Positions 31,433 through 44,500 of a DNA stretch of 64,000 bases are shown piece after piece (position 1 is the stretch's first letter; each line of letters begins with the position of its first letter). The stretch lies in NCBI RefSeq assembly GCF_009914755.1, contig NC_060928.1. One strand, given 5' to 3'. Source of the stretch: the human T2T-CHM13v2.0 reference genome, Homo sapiens. Below the pieces are notes generated by a model, which did no database searches, was not told the origin of the DNA, and saw nothing but the letters and a program-made list of their open reading frames with translations. A program made the translations under genes and the position numbers.

Positions 31433-31840
31433 TGTTATGGTTTGGATCCGTGTCCCCACCCACATCTCATGTTGAATTTTAATCCCCCACGTTGGAGGTG
31501 GGGTCTGATGGGAGGTGATGGGGTCATGGGAGTAGATTTCCCCATTGGTGCAGTTCTGGTGATAGTGAGTGAGTTCTCCTGAGACCTGTCACTTAAAAGT
31601 GTGTGGTACCTCCCTCTTCCCTCTGTCTTCCTCTTGTTCTGGCTATGTGAGCTGCTTGCTCCCCCTTTGCCTTCTGCTATGATTGAAAGTTTCCTGAGGG
31701 CTCCCCAGAAGCCCAGCAGATGCCAGCATCATGCTTCCTGTACAGCCTGCAGAACCATGAGGAATTAAAGCTCTTTTCTTTATAAATTACCCAGGCTCAG
31801 GTATTTTTTTTTTATAGCAGTGCAAGAACCGACTAATACA
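31433..31840 (+). mobile_element. MSTA-type solo LTR
   Basis: Runs tgttatggtttggat ... gactaataca with a perfect 5-bp TSD gcaaa. Confidence 0.93.
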
Positions 31841-32208
31841 GCAAATTTTTAAGACTGGGTTTTAAATCAGAAATAAGAATGGTAGAAAAATTGCTGGTAT
31901 TTTGGTCAGCACTTTGTTTTAGATTTTTGTGAGGTTTCTTTTGTTTGTTTGTTTTAAATCTCAGCTTGTTTTTTGTTCAGAGAATTGATGGTGAGAACTG
32001 GCAGTCACTTACTAGCCCTCTGCTTATGACTCCTTGTATTTCTCTTGTGTGTCATTCTATGTCTCAGGTGAGCAAAATATAGATGATAATCCAGGCTATA
32101 CATGATTTTATTGTGCTAAGTTTTACCAAGTTGCTCAGGCAACGACTTCAGTTAGAAATTTTAATGGTCCAAAATCCTAGAGTTACTACTTAGAAAAAAG
32201 ATCTTAGT

Positions 32209-32836
32209 GCAGTGCTGACCAATGAATATAAGGCTGTGCACCAAATAATGATGTTTCCATCAATGGCCAACAGCATATATGATGGCGACCTCATGAGATT
32301 ATAGTATCATCATTTTACTGTACCTTTTTTATGTTTAGATATGTTAAGACACACAAATACTTACAATTGTGTTACAATTGCCTGCAATTCAGTACAATAA
32401 CATACTGTACAAGTTTGTAGCCTAGGAGCAATAGCCTGCAACACATAGCCTAGGTGTGTGGTATGCTTTACTATTTAGGTTTGTGTAAGTGGATTCTGTG
32501 ACATTCACATGATGACAAAATCACCTAAAGACACATTTTTCAGAAGGTATCCCCATCATAAAGTGACCCATGACCGTGTAATACTAACTGCCTACATAAT
32601 TTTAAACATTTCATAGTTATGTTAAAAAGTCAAAAGAAAGTGAAATTAATTTTAAACATATATTTAACCCGATATATTCACAATATTATCACTTTAAAAT
32701 GTTTTTGATATAAAAATAATTGAGATAATTTGCAGTCTTTTTTTCATACTAAGTGTTCAAAATCAAACTTGGACTGGCCACATTTCAGTTGCTGAGGAGC
32801 TGCACGTGGCTAGCAGCCATGATACTGGACAACAAA
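32209..32836 (+). mobile_element. MER33 (hAT-Charlie) interrupted by a Tigger3a-type MITE
   Basis: Starts cagtgctgaccaat and resumes with gtgaaattaatttt..ggccacatttc..gtggctag..tggacaaca. Confidence 0.8.
32230..32578 (+). mobile_element. Tigger3a/MER7A-type MITE nested in MER33
   Basis: Contains cacaaatacttacaattgtgttacaattgcct and gtttgtagcctaggagcaatag. Confidence 0.85.
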
Positions 32837-34069
32837 GGCTCAAATAGCATCTGAGTGATGTTGAACAGTGATGCCACATTGACTAAGATCGTCAAGTCTG
32901 TTCGTTACAGCAGCCAGCATCAGTTTCACCCTGGAGGACAGATTATTTATATAGTGTGTTCTACTTCACTGCCTGTTCTTCAAGAAATAAATTTCCCCTT
33001 CCTCTTTTCTGTATTAAAAACCTCTTCTTTGTTTCTCATCCACTGTCCTTATCCTTATGAGTCAAATTTTTTCCTTTTCAGGATGCCCAGTTTTATCTAG
33101 GAGAGAAAAAAGGGACTGAGCAAGCCAGCATTATAAGATCTTTGTTTGGCAGTGGACAAAAAGAAATTGTCAAATTATTCTTTCTATTGACGTGAGCCAG
33201 AGGAAGAATGACCAGACTTCAAATACCATGAGAGAGAATGAAGTGTGTGTATGTATGTGGGCAGTTATCTTTTAGATTAGAATTTTATTTTAGATTTAAT
33301 TCTGTCATATTTAGACATAGTAGGCTTTACTTCAGGGCTGTTTTTTTCTTTTCCTCTGTCTATTCTTTGACAACATTGGGCAGATTTAATTAACTTTATT
33401 AAATGTTGTTCTCTGATAGAACATGTCTCAAGCACTCCTCTTTGTTCATTATTTTCTTGGATGCTTTACCACATATTTCTTTATCTGTTCCCATAGGTGT
33501 ATACGGTGAGAACATCATGTCTTTGGTCCATGGCAACCGATCATTATTGGTAAAAGCTTATCTCTTATATTATTCAATCATATTTGCCTTTACCCTGTGT
33601 GCATCTCACTTCACCCGAAGGCTTCCATTCTAATGCGTTGCACATGTAACATTAGATTTGAGTATAACTTTGGTGTGTAGTGATATTTGAATCATGTATT
33701 AAATTCAGTTAATTGTGGTGCTGTGAGTTTAAATCTGGCTTACATGATTTATCTCTCACCAACATAGTTCTTAAGGCCTAGGCATGTAACACATATTACT
33801 TCAATGAACATTGGAATCACTTGATGTAATTGAAATATTCGAATGATGGTTTGATTGTCATTGTTTCAATTGCAGAAACTTACCCCTGTCGCATCACAGT
33901 ACGTCAGTAAAATGTAATAATTTACATAACATACTAGGGATTTTACACTCTTCCTGCTCATTAAAGGTAATTTTTTGGTTACACTTTCTACATTGTAATT
34001 ATAAACTAAAAAATCTATTTTTGTCTATTTATTATACATCCATATCCTTTACCTACTTGTTATGTTTAT

Positions 34070-34515
34070 ATTCTGTCTTTGCCTCTACAATGTAATCTCC
34101 ATGAGGGATTTTTAACTGCTTTACTTAATACCTACAACACTGCCTATTGCTCAATATTTATTTAACTCTTTTCCTGCTACTGAGCTACATACTTGGGATA
34201 TAGTGGTGGAAAAAAACAATCAGTCTTAAGAACTTTACGGTCTAGGAGGGGGCAGTGCAGAGAGATAAACAGGCAATGACATTACGGTGGTCACTGCAAG
34301 AGAGTAAGCACGGTGAAGTAAACGAGCATGAAGGTGACCAACCCTACAATTTTCCAGAAATGTTTCTGGAAAATGTGATGGCTAAATGGAGACTTGAAAG
34401 TTATTCAAGTGTAAGTTAGATAAAGAAGAGTGAGGGAGGCAACAACAGGTGCTGCAGAAAGCGGAACAAATGCCGAGGTCTGGAGGCAAGCCTGAGTGTG
34501 GTATGTTCAGCAAAC
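34070..34515. mobile_element. L2 fragments (short + strand 3' end and a longer - strand piece)
   Basis: L2-like motifs tgtaatctccatgaggg and gagacttgaaag..aacaaatgccgaggtctggaggc. Confidence 0.55.
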
Positions 34516-34689
34516 ACATTTCAGGTTCCACAAAATCTCCTAAATCACCTCATTGACAAAAAACTGCCTTCACCTTTCATTCTCAATATTAGTTTTCCTT
34601 AAATACTAGTGTTCTTTTTCTTGTAATTTTAATAATATGTATAGCTCCAGTGTTTCTTTTCTTCTCATTTTTCAACTTCAGTGTGAGAA

Positions 34690-35400
34690 TGTGATAGTAG
34701 GTAGTCAGGCAGACATGAGCAGGGCAGGAGAAGGGATCTCTTCCCAGGAATGTCAGGCGACCATCCAGTGATGGCCAGGCAATTGTTAAGCTGTCTCTCT
34801 AAAATAATAATTGGTCACAGCCAGCACCAGGGAATATCAATCTCCTAATAGACAACATCTGGAGGTGGTGATCAGCAGCTTCCCAGTAAGATCCCAGGAG
34901 TTAGGTGAGCTGGCTCAGATATGCACACTAAAAGGCAAAATGGTGGAGCTTAACTCGTATCTGATCTTCTTCTAGAAACACTCGACTGGTAATGAAAAAA
35001 CACCTCAGGTGAGCATGCACACAACTTCAGAAAACACACTGCATATATGCTCCCTCTGGAGTGCTGGCAGACCACTGCACATGCAGACAGCCCACCCCGA
35101 GGGAAAAATCAAGGGAGGGCAAACACAAACCCCAGAACCATGCCAATGTTAAAACCCCAAGTCAAGGGCTACACAGGGCACCTGATCTCTCAAGGTGCCT
35201 GCTTGGCCCTCTTCCAAGTGTGCTTTTCTTCCTTTCATTCCTGCTCTAAAACTTTTTAATAAACTCTCACTCCTGCTCTAAAACTTGCCTCAGCCTCTCC
35301 CTCTGCCTTAAACCTACTTCTTCCCCTCAGCTGAATTATTTCCTCCGAGGAAGCAAGAATAGAATTGCTGAAGACCCATGTGGATTCACCACTGGTAGCA
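34690..35400 (+). mobile_element. ERV1 solo LTR (MER50-like)
   Basis: TG...CA ends, 4-bp TSD agaa, AATAAA at 35258, and gtaggtagtcaggcagacatgagcagggcagg at the start. Confidence 0.85.
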
Positions 35401-35730
35401 AGAAGAGGCCTAGATGGTTGTTAACATGTGGAGGAAAGGACTTTAATTCATTTTTGTTCCCCTGACTCACAGACTGACAATACCACTAACAATTAAAAAT
35501 CCTCCTTTTAGGTAGTAAACAATAAGATTAGTTGAAATACTTATTTTTTAATTCTTGTTGAAAATTCTGATACTTATTAGCCATTACTTAAGTGTGGATC
35601 TAACGATCCAATAAAAAAATACTATTCGCCAGAAATATATATATTATTGATGATAAGATGTTATCTGTGATACTCTCCAAGCCAAAACTTTGAATGAAAA
35701 GCTAAATATTTACAACAGTCATTTTTCTTC

Positions 35731-36110
35731 TGAATTAGTCAGGGTTATCTAGAAGGACAGAACTAATAGGATATATGCATATATGGAAGGGAGTTTATTA
35801 AGGAGAATTGACACACACAAGGTGAAGTCTCACGACAGGTCATCTGCAAGCTGAGGAGCAAGGAACCAGTCCGAGTCCCAAAACCTCAAAAGTAGGGAAG
35901 CTGACAGTGCAGACTTCAGTCTGTGGCCAAAGGCCTGAGAGCCCCTGGCAAACCACCGGTGTAAGTCCAAGAGTCCAAAAGCTGAAGAATGTGGAGGCTG
36001 ATGTTCAAGGGCAGGAGCCATCAGCACAGGAGAAAGATGAAGGCTGGAAGACTCAGCAAGTCTGCTCATTCCACCTTCTACTGCCTGCTTTTTCTAGTCT
36101 TGCTGGCTGC
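35731..36110 (-). mobile_element. MLT2A (HERV-L) LTR, truncated
   Basis: Contains ttagtcagggtt..acagaactaatagga and gtccaagagtccaaaagctgaagaa. Confidence 0.88.
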
Positions 36111-37314
36111 CAATGGGACCAAAATCCAGTGGGGCAGTCATTAAATCTTAATGACTCCAAGTCTCACATCCGGGGCACACTGATGCAAAGGGTGGGCTCC
36201 CACAGCCTTGGGCAACTTCTTCACAGGCTAGCATTGAGTGTCTGTGGCTTTTTCAGGCACATGGTGCAAGCTTTCAGTGGATCTGAAAATGGATTTCAGA
36301 CCATTCTGGGGTCTGGAGGATGGTGGCCCTCTTCTCACAGCTCCACTAGGCAGTGCCCCATTGGGGATTCTATGTGGGGGCTCCAACCCCACACTTCCCT
36401 TCCAACTGTCCTAGCAGAGATTCTTCATGAGGGCTCTGCCCCTGCAGTAGACCCCTGCCTGGACATGCCGGCATTCCCATACGTCCTCTGAAATCTAGGC
36501 AGAAGTTTCCAACCTCAATTCTTGACTTCTGTGCATGCACAAGCCCAACAAACACCACGTGGAAGCTGCCACAGCTTGGGGCTTGTACCCTCTGAAGCAA
36601 AGGCCAGAGCTGTACCTTGTCCCCTTTTAGCCACTGCTAGAGCTGGAGCAGCTGGGACACAGGGCACCAGGTCCTGAGGCCGTACGAAGCAGTGGGACCC
36701 TGGGTCCAGCCCACAAAATCATTTGTTTTCCTCCTATGCCACAGGGCCTGTGATTGGAGGGGCTGCCATGAAGTTCTCTGACATAACCTGGAGACATTTT
36801 CCTCATTGTCTAGGCTATTCACATTCAGCTCCTCATTACTTATGCAAATTTCTGTAGCCAGCATGAATTTCTCCCCAGAAAATGAGTTTTTCTTTTCTAC
36901 TGCATGCTCAGGCAGCAAATTTTCCAAACTTTTATGTTCTGCTTCCCTTTTAAACATAAGTTCCAGTTTCAGATCATCTCTCTCAAGTTCAAAGTTCCAC
37001 AGATCTCTAGGGCAGGGGCAAAATGCCACCAGTCTCTTTGGGAAAGCATAGCAAGAGTGACCTTTCCTCCAGTTTCTAATAAGTTACTCATTTCCATCTG
37101 AGACCACCTCAGCCTGGACTTCATTGTCCAAATCATTATTGGCATTTTGGTCAAAACCATTCAACAAGTCTCTGAGAAGTTCCAAACTTTCCCACATTTT
37201 CCTGTTCTTCTGAGCCCTCCAAACTGTTCGAAACTGCCTGTTACCCAGCTCCAAAGTTGCTTCCACATTTTCAAGTATCTTTATAGCAGTATCCCACTCT
37301 CAGTACCAATTTCC
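36111..37314 (-). mobile_element. THE1/MST internal region (MaLR-int)
   Basis: Minus-strand ORFs AFCPCPRDLWNFELERDDL and ESLELLRDLLNGFDQNA match the MaLR-int ORF remnant. Confidence 0.9.
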
Positions 37315-37703
37315 TGTATTAGTTTGTTTTCACACTGCTCTAAAGATACTACCAGAAACTGAGTAATTTATGAACAAAAGATTTATAAACAAAATTGACT
37401 CACATTTCCATATGGCTGAGGGAGCCTCAGGAAACTTATAATTATGGCAGAAGGGAAAGCAGTCACTTTCTTCACAGGTTGGCAGAAGAGAGAGAAGAGC
37501 AAAAGAGGAATTTTCAAACACTTATAAAACCACTAGCTCTCATTAGAACTCACTCACTATCATGGGAACAGCATGGGGGAAACCACCCCCATAATCCAAT
37601 CACTTCCGTCTCTTGACAAGTGGGGATTACAGATCTCTCCTTCAATACATGAGAAGTACAATTTGAGATGAGATTTGGGTGGAGACACAGAGCCAAACCA
37701 TAC
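37315..37703 (-). mobile_element. THE1D-type 5' LTR (terminal bases displaced to 44645-44650)
   Basis: Runs tgtattagtttgttttcacactgct ... gagatgagatttgggtggagacacagagccaaaccata. Confidence 0.88.
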
Positions 37704-38126
37704 TGAAGCAGCTACATTGTCTGGGGTATATACCCTGGGGTTTGTTGTCACGCAGCAGGAAAATTTAGAACACAGACACACGCGAGGAGTTTAGGAGCAG
37801 AGGTTTAATGGGTAGAAGAGAAAAGAAAGAGAAACTGCTTCCTCTGTAGAGTAGGCATCTCCGAGAACAAAGGGACCAGCTGGTGGCAAATGCTCCGTTT
37901 TATAGTCTAGTTTCAGGAGGCGGTGTCTGATTTACATAGGGCTCATAGATTGATTCAATCAGGTATGACATTTACATAGTGCAGGGAAGGCTGGTCGCCC
38001 CACCCTAACCTTCTCATGTAAATGTGCCATCTTGTCTTCTCCTTACAGTACCCGTGCCTGGCAGAGAAAGGAAGATGGAGCTACCATCTTGACCATGTCT
38101 AGTCCTTAGTTCCTGCCAGCATTCAC

Positions 38127-38537
38127 TGTCAGGCCTCTGAGCCCAAGTGAAGCCATCATATCCCCTGTGGCCTGCACGTACACATCCAGATGGCCGGTTC
38201 CTGCCTTAACTGATGACATTCCACCACAAAAGAAGTGAAAATGGCCTGTTCCTGCCTTAACTGATGACATTGTCTTGTGAAATTCCTTCTCCTGGCTCAT
38301 CCTGGCTCAAAATCTCCCCTACTGAGCACCTTGTAACCCCCGACTCTGCCCACCAGAGAACCCCCATTTGACTGTAATTTTCCATTACCTTCCCAAATCT
38401 TATAAAACGGCCCCACCCCTATCTCCCTTTGCTGACTCTCTTTTCGGACTCAGCCTACCTGCACCCAGGTGAAATAAACAGCCTTGTTGCTCACACAAAG
38501 TCTGTTTAATGGTCTCTTCACATGGACACACATGAAA
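38127..38537 (+). promoter_or_regulatory. HERV-H 5' LTR7
   Basis: Runs tgtcaggcctctgagcccaag ... catgaaa. TATAAAA at 38401 and AATAAA at 38473. Confidence 0.95.
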
Positions 38538-38539
38538 TT

Positions 38540-38557
38540 TGGTGCCGTGACTCGGAT
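38540..38557 (+). other. Primer-binding site complementary to the tRNA-His 3' end
   Basis: TGGTGCCGTGACTCGGAT, 2 nt after the 5' LTR. Confidence 0.93.
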
Positions 38558-39088
38558 TGGGGGACCTCCCTTGGGAGATCAATCCCCTGTCCTCCTGCTC
38601 TTTGTTTCATGAGGAAGATCCACCTACGACCTCTGGTCCTCAGACCAACCAGCCCAAGGAACATCTCACCAATTTTAAATCCAGTAAGCGGCCTCTTTTT
38701 ACTCTCTTCTCCAACCTCTCTCACTATCCCTCAACCTCTTTCTCCTTTCAATCTTGGCGCCACACTTCAATCTCTCCCTTCTCTTAATTTCAATTCCTTT
38801 CATTTTCTGGTAGAGACAAAGGAGACACGTTTTATCTGTGGACTCAAAACTCCGGCGCTGGTCACGGACTCGGGAAGGCAGCCTTCCCTTGGTGTTTATT
38901 CATTGCAGGGACGCTTCTCTGATTATTCATCCATGTTTCAGAGGTGTCTGACCACTCAGGGATGCCTGCCTTCGTCCTTCACCCTTAGCAGCAAGTCCCA
39001 CTTTTCTGGGGGAGGGGCAAAAACTTGACTGCTTCTCTCCCTGTCTCTACCCCTTCTCTGCTTTTCTGGGGGGCAAGAACCCCCCGGT

Positions 39089-39192
39089 CCCTTATTTCTG
39101 CACCCCGACCTCTTATCTCTGCACCCCGATCCCTTATTCCCATTCCCCAACCTCATATCTCTGTGCCCCAACCCCTTATTTCCGTGCCCCAA
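39089..39192. repeat. About 21-bp tandem repeat (5 copies) in the HERV-H leader
   Basis: Units of the type cccttatttctgcaccccgac. Confidence 0.85.
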
Positions 39193-39284
39193 GCCCTTTC
39201 CTGCTTTTCTGGAGGGTAAGAACCCCCGAACCCCTTCCCTCCATGTCTCTACTCTCTCTTTTCTCTGGGCTTGCCTCCTTCACT

Positions 39285-42200
39285 ATGGGCAATCTTCCAC
39301 CCTCCATTCCTCCTTCTTCTCCCTTAGCCTGTGTTCTTAAAAACCTAAAACCTCTTCAACTCACACCTGACCTAAAACCTAAATGCCTTATTTTCTTCTG
39401 CAATGCCGCTTGACCCCGATACAAACTTGACAGTGGTTCCAAATAGCCAGAAAACTGCACTTTCATTTTTTCCATCCTACAAGATCTAAATAATTCTTGT
39501 CATAAAATGGGCAAACAGTCTGAGGTGCCTGACGTCCAGGCATTCTTTCATACATCAGTCCCTCCCTAGTCTCTGTTCCCAATGCAACTGGTCCCAAATC
39601 TTCCTTCTTTCCCTCCCGCCTGTCCCCTCAGACCCAACCCCAAGCATCACTGAGTCTTTCTAATCTTCCTTTTCTACAGACCCATCTGACCTCTCCCTTC
39701 CTCCCCAGGCCGAGCTAGGTCCCAATTCTTCCTCAGCCTCTGCTCCTCCACCCTATAATCCTTTTATCACCTCCCCTCCTCACACCTGGTCTGGCTTACA
39801 GTTTCATTCCGTGAGTAGCCCTCCTTTTAAACTGCCCAGCAATTTCCTCTTAAAAAGGTGGCTGGAGCTAAAGGCATAGTCAAGGTTAATGCTCCTTTTT
39901 CTTTATCCCAAATCAGATAGCATTTAGGCTTTTTTTCATCAAATATAAAAACCCAGCTCAGTTCATGGCTCGTTTGGCAGCAACCCTGGGATGCTTTACA
40001 GCCCTAGAACCTAAAAGGTCAAAAGGCCGTCTTATTCTCAATATACGTTTTATTACCCAATCTGCTCCCAACATTAAATAAAACTCCAAAAATTAAATTC
40101 TGGCCCTCAAACCCCACAACAGGACTTAATTAACCTCGCCTTCAAGGTGTACAATAATAGAGTAGAGGCAGCCAAGTAGCAACATATTTCTGAGTTGCAA
40201 TTCTTTGCCTCCACTGTGAGACAAACCCCAGCCACATCTCCAGCACACAAGAACTTCCAAACACCTGAACCGCAGCGGCCAGGCATTCCTCCAGGCCCGC
40301 CTTCCCCAGGAGCTTGCTACAAGTGCCAGAAATCTGGCCACCAGGCCAAGGAATGCCTGCAGCCTGGGATTCCTCCTAAGCCACGTCCCATCTGTGTGGG
40401 ACCCCACTGAAAATCAGACTGTTCAACTCACCTGGCAGCCACTCCCAGAGCCCCTGGAACTCTGGCCCAAGGCTCTCTGACTGACTCCTTCCCAGATCTT
40501 CTCGGCTTAGCGGCTGAAGACTGACGCTGCCCGATCACCTCGGAAGCCCCCTAGACCATCAAGGACGCCGAGCTTCGGGTAACTCTCACATTGGAGAGTA
40601 AATCCGTCCCCTTCTTAATCAATATGGAGGCTACACACTCCACATTACCTTCTTTTCAAGGGCCTGTTTCCCTTGCCTCCATAACTGTTGTGGATTGACA
40701 GCCAGGCTTCTAAACCTCTTAAAACTCCCCAACTCTGCTGCCAACTTAGACAATACTCTTTTAAGCACTCCTTTTTCGTTATCCCCACCTGCCCAGTTCC
40801 CTTATTAGGCCGAGACACTTTAACTAAATTATCTGCTTCCCTGACTATTCCTGGGCTACAGCCACAGCTCATTGCCACCTTTTCCCCCAGTTCAAAGCCT
40901 CCTTCACATCCTTCCCTTGTATCCTCCCACCTTAACCCACAAGTATGGGATACCTCTACTCCCTCCTTGGCGACCGAACATGCACCCCTTACCATCTCAT
41001 TAAAACCTAATCACCCTTACCCCACTCAATGCCAATATCCCATCCCGCAGCATGCTTTAAAAAGATTAAAGCCTGTTATCACTCACCTGCTACAGCATGG
41101 CCTTTTAAAGCCTATAAACTCTCCTTACAATTTCCCCCATTTTACCTGTCCTAGAACCAGACAAGCCTTACAGGTTAGTTCAGGATCTGAGCCTTATCAA
41201 CCAAATTGTTTTGCCTATACACCCCTTGGTGCCAAACCCATATACTCTCCTATCCTCAATACCTCCCTCCACAACCCATTATTCTGTTCTGGATCTCAAA
41301 CATGCTTTCTTTACTATCCCTTTTCACCGTTCATCCCATCCTCTCTTAGCTTTCACTTAGACTGACCCTGACACCCATCAGGCTCAGCAAATTACCTGGG
41401 CTGTACTGCCACAAGCCTTCACAGACAGCCCCCACTACTTCAGTCAAACCTAAATTTCATCCTCATCTGTTACCTATCTTGGCATAATTCTCATAAAAAC
41501 ACACGTGCTCTCCCTACTGATCGTGTCTGACTAATCTCCCAAACCTCAATCCCTTCTACAAAACAACAACTTCTTTCCTTCCCAGGCATGGTTAGATACT
41601 TTTGACTTTAGATATCTGGTTTTGCCATCCTAACAAAACCATTATATAAACTCACAAAAGGAAACCTAGCTGAACCCATAGATCCTAAATCCTTTCCCCA
41701 CTCCTCTTTCCATTCCTTGAAGACAGCTTTAGAGACTGCCCCACCCTAGCTCTCCCTGACTGATCCCAACCCTTTTCATTACCCACAGCTGAAGTGCAGG
41801 GCTGTGCAGTCAGAATTCTTACACAAGGACCAGGACCGCACCCTGTAGCCTTTTTATCCAAACAACTTGACCTTACTGTTTTGCCTAGCCCTCAAGTCTG
41901 CATGTGGCGGCTGCCACTGCATTAATACTTTAGAGGCCCTTAAAATCACAAACTATGCTCAACTCACTCTCTACAATTCTCATAACTTCCAAAATCTATT
42001 TTCTTCCTCACACCTGACACATATACGTTCTGCTTCCCGGCTCCTTCAGCTGTACTCACTCTTTGTTGAGTCTCCCACAATTACCATTGTTCCTGGCCCG
42101 ACTTCAATCTGGCCTCCCACATTATTCCTGATACCACACCTGACCCCCATGACTGTATCTCTCTGATCCACCTGACATTCACTCCATTTCCCCATATTCT

Positions 42201-43500
42201 TTCATGTTCCTCATCCTGAACACACTTGGTTTATTGATGGCAGTTCCACCAGGCCTAATCGCCACTCACCAGCAAAGGCAGGCTATGCTACAGTATCTTC
42301 CACATCTATCATTGAGGCTACTGCTCTGCCCCCCTCCACTACCTCTCAGCAAGCCGAACTCATTGCCTTAAGGCAAGCCCTCACTCTTGCAAAAGGACTA
42401 AAGGTCAATATTTATACTGACTCTAAATATGCCTTCCATATCCTGCACCACCATGCAAGAGGTTTCCTCATCACACAAGGGTCCTCCATCATTAATGCCT
42501 CTTTAATAAAAACGCTTCTCAAAGCTGCTTTACTTCCAAAGGAAGCTGGAGTCATTCACTGCAAAGGCCATCAAAGGGCATCAGACCCCATCGCTCAGGA
42601 CAATGCTTATGCTGATAAGATAGCTAAAAAAGCAGCTAGCGTTCCAACTTATATCCCTCACTTTCAGTTTTTCTCCTTCTCATCTGGCCTCTCCCACCTA
42701 CTCCCCCGCTGAAACTTCCACCTATCAATCTCTTCCCACACAAGGCAAATGGTTCTTAGACCAAGGAAAATATCTCCTTCAAGCCTCACAGGCCCATTCT
42801 ATTCTATCGTCATTTCATAACCTCTTCCACGTAGGTTACAAGCCACTAGCCTGTCTCTTAGAACCTCTCATTTCCTTTCCATCATGGAAATCTATCTTCA
42901 AGGAAATCACTTCTCAGTGTTCCATTTGCTATTCTACTACCCCTCAGGGATTGTTCAGGCCCCCTCCCTTTCCCACACATCAAGCTCCGGGATTTGCCCC
43001 CACCCAGGACTGGCAAATTGGCTTTACTCAACATGCCCTGAGTCAGGAAACTAAAATACCTCTTAGTCTAGGTAGACACTTTCACTGGATGGGTAGAGGC
43101 CTTTCCTACAGGGTCTGAGAAAGCCACTGCGGTCATTTCTTCCCTTCTGTCAGACATAATTACTCGGTTTGGCCTTCCCACCTCTACGCAGTCCGATAGT
43201 GGACAGGCCTTTATTAGTCAAATCAGCCAAGCAGTTTTTCAGGCTCTTGGTATTCAGTGAAACCTTTATATCCCTTACGGTCCTCAGTCTTCAGGAAAGG
43301 TAGAACGGACTAATGGTCTTTTAAAAACACGCCTCACCAAGCTCAGCCACCAACTTAAAAAGGACTGGACAATACTTTTACCTCTTTCTTTTCTCAGAAT
43401 TCAGGCCTGTCCTCGGAATGCTACAGGGTAGAGCCCATTTGAGCTCCTGTATGGACGCTCCTTTTTATTAGGCCCCAGTCTCATTCCAGACACCAGACCA
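39285..43500 (+). pseudogene. HERV-H gag-pro-pol remnants (defective)
   Basis: Zinc knuckle CYKCQKSGHQAKEC (40315), protease FLINMEATHS and PVPLLGRD, RT SVLDLKHAFF (about 41285), RNase H WFIDGSS and IYTDSKYAF, integrase DTFTGWVEAF and QSSGKVERTN. Many stops and frameshifts. Confidence 0.9.
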
Positions 43501-44087
43501 ACTTGGACTGTGCTCCCCAAAAAACTTGTCATCCCTACTATCTTCTGTCTAGTCATACTCCTATTCACCATTCTCAACTACTCATACATGCCCTGCTCTT
43601 GTTTACACTGCCAGTTTACACTGTTTCTCCAAGTCATCACAGCTGATATCTCCTGGTGCTACCCCCAAACTGCCACTCTTAACTCTGAAATAAATAATCT
43701 TTGCTGGCAGGGCTATGCTGAACCTCCTTAGGCACTCTCTAATTAGATGTCCTGGGTCCTCCCAATTCTTAGACCTTTAATACCTGTTTTTCTCCTCTTA
43801 TTCCATTTAGTTTTTCAATTCATACAAAACCATATCCAGGCCATCACCAATAATTCTAAATGACAAATGTTTCTGCTAACAACCCCACAATATCACCCCT
43901 TACCACAAAATCTTCCTTCAGCTTAATCTCTCCCACTCTAGGTTCCCACGTCGTCCCTAATCCTGCTCGAAGCAGCCCTGAGGAACATCGCCCATTATCT
44001 CTCCATACCATCCCCCAAAATTTTTGCCATCCCAACACTTTACCACTGTTTCATTTTATCTTTCTTATTAATATAAGAAGACAAGAA

Positions 44088-44500
44088 TGTCAGGCCTCTG
44101 AGCCCAAGCTAAGCCATCATATCCCCTGTGACCTGCACATACACATCCAGATGGCTGGTTCCTGCCTTAACTGATGACATTCCACCACAAAAGAAGTGAA
44201 AATGGCCTGTTCCTACCTTAACAGATGACATTGTCTTGTGAAATTCCTTCTCCTGGCTCATCCTGGCTCAAAAGCTCCCCTACTGAGCACCTTGTGACTC
44301 CCACTCTTCCCACCAGAGAACAACCCCCGTTTGACTGTAATTTTCCTTTACCTACCCAAATCCTATAAAACGGCCCCACCCCTATCTGCCTTCGCTGACT
44401 CTGTTTTCGGACTCAGCCTGCCTGCACCCAGGTGAAATAAACAGCCTTGTTGCTCACACAAAGCCTGTTTGGTGGTCTCTTCACACGGACGCACATGAAA
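44088..44500 (+). terminator. HERV-H 3' LTR7 (polyadenylation signal)
   Basis: Direct repeat of the 5' LTR. AATAAA at 44436. Confidence 0.93.

Larger units (their letters stand above)
38127..44500 (+). mobile_element. HERV-H provirus (common deleted form, 6374 bp)
   Basis: Two LTR7s, His-tRNA PBS, gag/pro/pol/env remnants, polypurine tract aagaagacaagaa and a perfect 5-bp TSD ttcac. Confidence 0.97.

Noticed and set aside
35907-36491. 194-aa ORF
   Set aside because: It is an antisense read-through of the MLT2A/THE1-int junction with no coding evidence.
38540-38557. tRNA-His gene
   Set aside because: Only the 18-nt retroviral PBS complement is present, with no tRNA body.
40688-41365. 225-aa ORF, the longest in the window, as a functional gene
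   Set aside because: It is a frameshifted HERV-H pro/pol fragment with a non-ATG start and disrupted catalytic motifs.
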